Assembly: GCA_964106645.2 (NCBI GenBank)
Contig: OZ067045.1
DNA length: 64,000 bases
Source of the DNA: Podarcis pityusensis
Taxonomy: Eukaryota
Direction: 5' to 3' (one strand)
The notes under the pieces were generated by a model, which did no database searches, was not told the DNA's origin, and worked only from the letters and a program-made list of their open reading frames with translations. The translations under genes were made by a program, and so were the position numbers. Positions 59,301-64,000 of this stretch are shown here, piece after piece. Within the stretch, counting starts at the first letter, position 1. Each line of letters begins with the position of its first letter.

Positions 59301-60022
59301 AGAAGATCAATCAGGGATTGAATGTCAGATCATAAGGGCAAGGCAGAACCTGTTCAAAAGACACCATGCCTGCCTGCTTGCCAGTTTGATCTTTGTGGTT
59401 GCCATGGGCTAGTTTTACTAGAAGCCGTCGTTGTGTTTGGGGTGTACCCATTGCAGGTTAATAACAGCTGGGTATCGCTTGGCTTCCACACTCCTACCTC
59501 AAATCCTGTATTTGGCTTAAGCTCCATTCATTTGATTTAAACACTTTCCCATTATTTTAAATCCATGCATTTCAAGAGCGCACACTATAGCTATGACTGA
59601 TAAAACATTAGTTTGCAATGGAGTATTCCATATTCAGGATCGTTAAGAAAGGAACTGAAAATAAAACTGCCAATATTAAAGTGGCCTTGTACAAACCTTT
59701 AGAGCCTCTGCATTTGGAATACTGGTTTCAGTTCTGGTTACCGTATCTCAAAAATGGATATTGTGGAGCTGGGGAAAGTGCACAGGAAAAGAGCACAGGG
59801 AGTCCTTGTCTTCTCTGCCTGCCTTGTCAGCCACCCCTTGATCTCCTTTTATTCCTTGATTCCAGGTTATCCTCAAGGACCTTGAAGTCTTGGCCGAGAT
59901 TGCATCCTCTCCAGCAGGTCAGACAGAAGGACAAGGGGCACCTGACGGCCCCAGTTTACGACCTGGGCAACTGGAACTGCACATTCCTGCTCCAACTAAA
60001 CCTTCCCAAGTTGGCTCCTCTG
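35236..60022 (+). CDS. VAC14: VAC14 (PIKfyve complex scaffold), exons 1-13, 3' incomplete: join(35236..35339,36042..36192,37190..37357,37882..37944,40320..40427,42007..42116,42606..42712,42972..43106,44088..44246,44965..45025,48463..48607,49982..50047,59866..>60022)
   Basis: [40 protein letters not shown]... closely matches the vertebrate VAC14 HEAT-repeat N-terminus; phases are consistent across all exons. Confidence 0.97.
36042..36192 (+). CDS. VAC14: VAC14 exon 2
   Basis: [19 protein letters not shown]...[18 protein letters not shown]. Confidence 0.96.
37190..37357 (+). CDS. VAC14: VAC14 exon 3
   Basis: [41 protein letters not shown]...LSK. Confidence 0.96.
37882..37944 (+). CDS. VAC14: VAC14 exon 4
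   Basis: [21 protein letters not shown]. Confidence 0.95.
39543..39909. mobile_element. Tc1/mariner-superfamily non-autonomous element
   Basis: TIRs CCGTATTTTT... / ...AAAAATACGG, flanked by TA on both sides. Confidence 0.85.
40320..40427 (+). CDS. VAC14: VAC14 exon 5
   Basis: [36 protein letters not shown]. Confidence 0.95.
41176..41515 (-). mobile_element. Sauria SINE
   Basis: (ACCTT/ACCTTT)n tail; GGTCATGTGGCCAGCATGACT and GGTACCTATTTATCTACT cores; tRNA B-box-like GATTCGAACC. Confidence 0.88.
42007..42116 (+). CDS. VAC14: VAC14 exon 6
   Basis: [36 protein letters not shown]. Confidence 0.95.
42606..42712 (+). CDS. VAC14: VAC14 exon 7
   Basis: [35 protein letters not shown]. Confidence 0.95.
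42972..43106 (+). CDS. VAC14: VAC14 exon 8
   Basis: [44 protein letters not shown]; followed by the U12 donor GTATCCTT. Confidence 0.95.
43107..44087 (+). other. U12-type (minor spliceosome) GT-AG intron 8 of VAC14
   Basis: 5' site GTATCCTTCC; branch-site-like TTCCTTAC at 44065-44072; no polypyrimidine tract before the AG at 44086-44087. Confidence 0.9.
43645..43915 (+). mobile_element. CR1 3' end remnant inside the U12 intron
   Basis: GCCACCAACTTGGATGGCTTTAAAAGA...GACAAATTCATGGAG (ORF2 end) plus 3' UTR. Confidence 0.75.
44088..44246 (+). CDS. VAC14: VAC14 exon 9
   Basis: [25 protein letters not shown]...KQEVTSG. Confidence 0.94.
44965..45025 (+). CDS. VAC14: VAC14 exon 10
   Basis: [19 protein letters not shown]; phase 1 to 2 bridges exons 9 and 11. 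Confidence 0.88.
46749..47045 (-). mobile_element. RTE-clade LINE 3' fragment
   Basis: [18 protein letters not shown]...[21 protein letters not shown] (C2H2-like end); (GAA)n(GCA)n tail; TSD CCCACAAGC at 46740-46748 and 47046-47054. Confidence 0.85.
48463..48607 (+). CDS. VAC14: VAC14 exon 11
   Basis: [17 protein letters not shown]...[22 protein letters not shown]; donor is AAG|GCAAGT. Confidence 0.94.
48722..49390. mobile_element. Tigger/pogo-like non-autonomous DNA transposon
   Basis: TIRs (C>T)AGTGGTACCTTGGTTCTCAAAC / GTTCGAAAACTGAGGTACCACTG with TA flanks. Confidence 0.85.
49982..50047 (+). CDS. VAC14: VAC14 exon 12
   Basis: [22 protein letters not shown]. Confidence 0.95.
52156..52194. 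repeat. (GGAA)n microsatellite
   Basis: About 9 tandem units. Confidence 0.9.
53801..53819 (+). promoter_or_regulatory. Candidate CTCF site TGGCCACTAGGGGGCCTCA
   Basis: Close match to the CTCF core TGGCCACCAGGGGGCGC. Confidence 0.6.
53960..54400 (+). mobile_element. Old L2 fragment carrying a 48-bp nested antisense L2 tail (54151-54198)
   Basis: [12 protein letters not shown]...LWKLQLVQN|EAAKLLTG remnant; insertion flanked by a CAGAAT duplication. Confidence 0.8.
54843..54868. repeat. (CAG)n microsatellite, intronic
   Basis: About 8 tandem units. Confidence 0.85.
56845..56858. promoter_or_regulatory. RFX X-box GTTGCCGTGGCAAC
   Basis: 13/14 match to the palindromic consensus GTTGCCATGGCAAC. 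Confidence 0.65.
57614..57911. mobile_element. Palindromic MITE
   Basis: TCACACCATACATTTAAAGCACT pairs with AGTGCTTCAAATGTGTGGTGTGA; related copy at about 63690-63847. Confidence 0.7.
59610..59795 (+). mobile_element. Degraded CR1 ORF2 fragment just upstream of VAC14 exon 13
   Basis: [35 protein letters not shown] resembles the CR1 motif [17 protein letters not shown]. Confidence 0.8.
59866..60022 (+). CDS. VAC14: VAC14 exon 13
   Basis: [22 protein letters not shown]...; donor G|GTAAGT. Confidence 0.94.
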
Positions 60023-62377
60023 GTAAGTGCTCCTGTCTCTGGCAAAGATCTCACACGCTCTGAGCAGCCTCTGGATATTTTTTTCTCCTGCTGCAAAGTG
60101 GCACGGGGCAGATTTAGACAGGCGAAGGCAAGTGATTCCCTGGCAGAATCGGCACCAGTATTTGAGGGGAATGTGTTTGCCACAGAGGAGGGCCGCAGAG
60201 TGTGGTTCCAGCTACAGCTGGAGCCTGAAGACTTCTGTGCAGCTTCTGCTTGTAGTAACGGCTGGTGGGTGGGGAGAGCGAACGGAAGCATTTGTGTTGA
60301 TAATTATACACCTCCAGACTGATGCAGAAGGAGGGTGGGAGGTGAGAAGAGAAGCAGCAGTTGTGACACCAACAAGGAGGCAGTTTGGGAATCAAAAATG
60401 TTTTGCTGTGTCCCTGCCTTGAGTCCTCATGCCTGCAGAGTAGAACTGAGCCAGGTAAGAGCTTAGAAGAAGTTTGAGGGTGAGACCTAGACTCCATTTC
60501 CTGCTCTTCCCTATTGCTGGCCAGTCTCCTTCATCCCATCCTATTCCTCTGCTTTTGAAATGCTGTGCCTGCGCCCTTCTGTCGTTGGGACAGACTGCAG
60601 GGCAGCCCCTCTGGAGCAAGCCATAGCAATTCATCAGGCTGGTCTTCAATAGAGTTTGTGTCAGTGGGAAAGGAAACAATGGCTAAAGTTTTAACAGGGA
60701 ATCTATATTTCCACGCAAATCAATCCCAAAGCTTTTAAGGGATGTACATTATAGTTGCGCAGTGTGCCTAATTTCTGCCATTTGTGAATAGTGGGAGTCC
60801 TTGCCTACGCCGAGGACTGCTTCTGATTTTGTCTTAGGGCAAGTGAGGTTTTATGAATGGGGACATCTCAGAGCACAGGCACCCTTTTCAGCCCAGATGG
60901 GTGAAACTTGATGAATGTTAGCATTAATCAACATACATAGCAACAAAGCCGCTATACAGAGGGGTGAAGGTAATAGAGGGGAGGGGAAAGACAAATGAGG
61001 ATAGAGAGAGAGAGAGAGAGCGCGCACACACACAAGTGAACAGCCAACCACAGTGCTGGGGGACTGTGGCATTTGGAACACAGGTCAAAAGCACTGAAAC
61101 AGCGCCACCTCCCCTGGGGTTTCCAGGCCCAGCTCAAAGGGCTGGAAGGGCTTTTTCATTATCAGGGACTGGCTGCCCACTCTTCCAAGTCATCAGGGGA
61201 GGCCCTCCAGGTCCACCCCCTCCCCCCATGGAGCTTAAGGATCAGTGCCTCCACTTTCCACGTGCCAGACTGCACTGTCTTCCTCTTCGCTGTCCACCTT
61301 GCAAGAATAGTTAACAATCTTCAAGTAGTTTTCTTCATCCAGGTCAATTAATTTGGGCTCTTATGTGTGTGTGAGTGCTGTATTAATCTGCTTATCCTTT
61401 GCACTGTTTCCCACGCCACCCCCCCAAAAACAAACACCTTTTTACTGTCGTGCTAAACTGCTGTTTCTTACTTTAGTTACTTTTGGATCTTTCTTTTTTG
61501 GATTGTAATAATGTTGAATTTATTTGTAATGTTTCTTATGGTAATGTGAGACATAGCAAAGGCTTGGTGACTTGTTTGGTTGCCTTTGAACACAAGGAAC
61601 TTGGACAGGGGATTGGGTACCTGTTGGTTCTGCTGATTTTACAGGGGCTTCCATTATCATTGGCCATGGGCTGTCGTTCTGGAGAGCTTTGCACCCCTTT
61701 TCAATGGTTCTCCTTAGAGGAGCAGTTTCAATATGCTTACATCTGATGCACATTTGGCAGAAACCCCAAGCAGGGGCTTCTTGGTGGCTGCTCCCAGTCT
61801 CCGGGACTCATTGCCAAGGGGGACGAGCTTGCCCAATTTTTGACCACACACTAGTTGGCAAAAACATTTTTATTTAGACAGATAAGCTGACTTTAGAATA
61901 TGTTGAAATTGGTTTTTTTCTGTTGGTTTTGATTTTATTGATTTATCTGCCTTATTTTTCTGTTCTTCCTCACTCTGTATTTTATTGCTGTTTCATTATA
62001 TCTTGTTGTACTTGTGTTGTTGCATTTAGCAACCTGGAGACCATTTGGTGGAAAGGTGGGAAATAAATTTAAAGATCAAAGACACAAGAACGTATCAAAA
62101 TGTGTATTTGGGTAGGTAACATGGCACCAGTGGAGGCTGGTTTCTTCGAAGAAATGACAACTCACTTAGGATTTCCTTATTGGTAGAATACCTAGTTGAC
62201 TCTTCTTATCTCTCTTCAATCTGTGGCCAATTCTGTAGCAACAAATGTGGCCCACAGAAAGAAGTGGTTGCCCAATTGGGAGTTCATTTTGGGTGGTTCC
62301 CGCTCCTGCCTTGCCAGTGTTTCCTTCCAAGGTTCCAAGTTCTTCAAATACCATCTTGGTGGAGACTAAAGGCAGTG

Positions 62378-63055
62378 TGAGAACATCAGATGAAACCTGA
62401 AGTTGCAACTGGATCAGGCCAAAGGTCTTGCATCTTGTTCTACACCGGCCAAACAGTTCTCATAATGGGAACCCTGTTGCTATTGCCAAATCTGCCCAGT
62501 AACACAGATAAGAGAGTAACAAGATGCCTGCAGGTGCATCGTGGTGAATGAGTTGTCTCTGCTGACTCATGAAGAATTATTAACCCATTAACCGCATTCC
62601 TTAACAAACCCAGCATGCGGGACCAGAGTGCAGCAGCAACACTCTCCCCACCTGTGATTCCCAGCAACTGGCATTCCCAGACATACTGCCTCCAATAGTG
62701 GAGAGGCAACATAGCCATAATGGCTAGTAGCCCTCTCCTCCATGAATTTTTTCTAAAGCTGTCCAAGTCTGCTTTTGTGGGAGCAAATGCCATGCTAGTT
62801 CTGCTTCAGCAAGGCTTGTTCTTCTCTATGCTTGGTAATTCTATCTTTAACTATGCTTCCCACCAGCTTTCCTGGAACAGATGTTAAGCTAATGAGCCTG
62901 TAATGTCTCAAATCCTCTCAAGATGCCCTTTTAAAAACTGGTATTATATTGGCCCCTTTCCAGTCCTCAAATATGGAGGCTGATCTTCAGGGTGAGTTAC
63001 GTACTTTTGTTAGAAGATCAGCATTTTCACACTTGAGTTCTTTGCGAACTCTTAA
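62378..63055 (-). mobile_element. Degraded, rearranged CR1 LINE
   Basis: Minus-strand KELKCENADLLT...EDWKGANIIPVFK...YRLISLTSVPGKLV joined to a CR1 3' end/UTR. Confidence 0.78.
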
Positions 63056-64000
63056 GAACTTGTTGAGCCTTGTCCATTCAAAAGACGAAGAGTGGAAGTC
63101 CAAACACATTCTTTCGTGACTTCAAATCTTCCAGTCTGCCAAAGGATCCCAGGCAGCAGTCCAGTACAGATCTCCAGGAGAGGCACCCACAGGGTGCTTC
63201 CTTCAGGTTCAGAGCTGGAAAGAATCCATAAAAGTTCATCACCCACCCAGATCGCACATGTAAGGCAGAGGCCTGACTGCTAGGTTGCTGAAGGATGCAC
63301 AGAGTGCAACATCTTGGAGATGGCCAAGGTCCTCAGGACTGGGTTTATGACATCTATGGGAGAATTGCATGCCCTCCCAAGTCATCCCTAATCCTCTTAG
63401 CCTCTGTTGGGCAGAGGGGCCACTGAACCAGCCCTTGCCTGCTGTCAAAGAGACCCTCTCAACTACTAATCAAGGCCCCACTGAGAAGGGAAGATTAAAA
63501 AATCACAGGGAAGATTACAGATTTCATCAGCACCATGGAAATGTGAATTTTGCATGCAGGAAGCATCTATGCAGGCAGCCCTTTACTTGCCTTGATTGAC
63601 TCACGTTCCAGAATGCTTAAAATGTGTTTGGCAAGGTTAGGGCATGAGGGAAAGGAAGGTTTTGTTAGGCTTATCACGTCGTGCCTATGTACATGCCATA
63701 TATTTAAAGCACATTGCTTCCCCCTAAGAGTGCCAGGGACAAGTTTGTTAAGGGTGCTGGGAACTGTAGCTTTGTGAGGGGTAAACTACAATTCCCAGGT
63801 TTCGGGGGGGGGATAGTGTACTTTAAATGTATGGAGTGGATATAGCCTATGTATTTCCTCCCTCCCCCTGTCCCCCTGGGAGCTCACTCACATGTGCATT
63901 TCTCCCAAAGCAACTGTGTAAGAGAAGTGAGTCACACAGCAAGCTTCATCCCTGAGCAGGGGCTTATCCTGGTCTCTCTTCCCTGTCTAATGCTCAGCCC

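Noticed and set aside
59618-60322. 234-aa ORF, the longest in the track
   Set aside because: Chance fusion of a CR1 remnant, VAC14 exon 13 read in the wrong frame, and intron sequence

Overview
Eukaryotic (vertebrate) genomic DNA, most likely from a squamate and probably a lacertid lizard (inferred from the Sauria-type SINE and the CR1/L2/RTE/MITE landscape). The + strand carries two tandem multi-exon genes. First are the last 29 exons of HYDIN (axonemal central-pair protein; the window opens inside an exon; stop at 32695, polyA signal at 33171). About 2 kb later come the CpG-island promoter and first 13 coding exons of VAC14 (PIKfyve/FIG4 scaffold; ATG at 35236; the gene continues past the window). 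I traced splice phases by hand and both genes stay in frame. HYDIN-VAC14 adjacency matches the human arrangement as I recall it. Most short ORFs in the supplied track are exon read-throughs, transposon remnants or noise. I found no novel multi-gene system. The best leads are regulatory. VAC14 has a U12-type intron and a GC-AG intron. Its promoter has a pair of inverted CLEAR/E-box motifs and a YY1 motif containing a strong-Kozak mini-uORF. Intron 12 has a near-perfect RFX X-box within an E-box cluster and a strong CTCF motif. Several nested or young transposon insertions have intact target-site duplications (TSDs).
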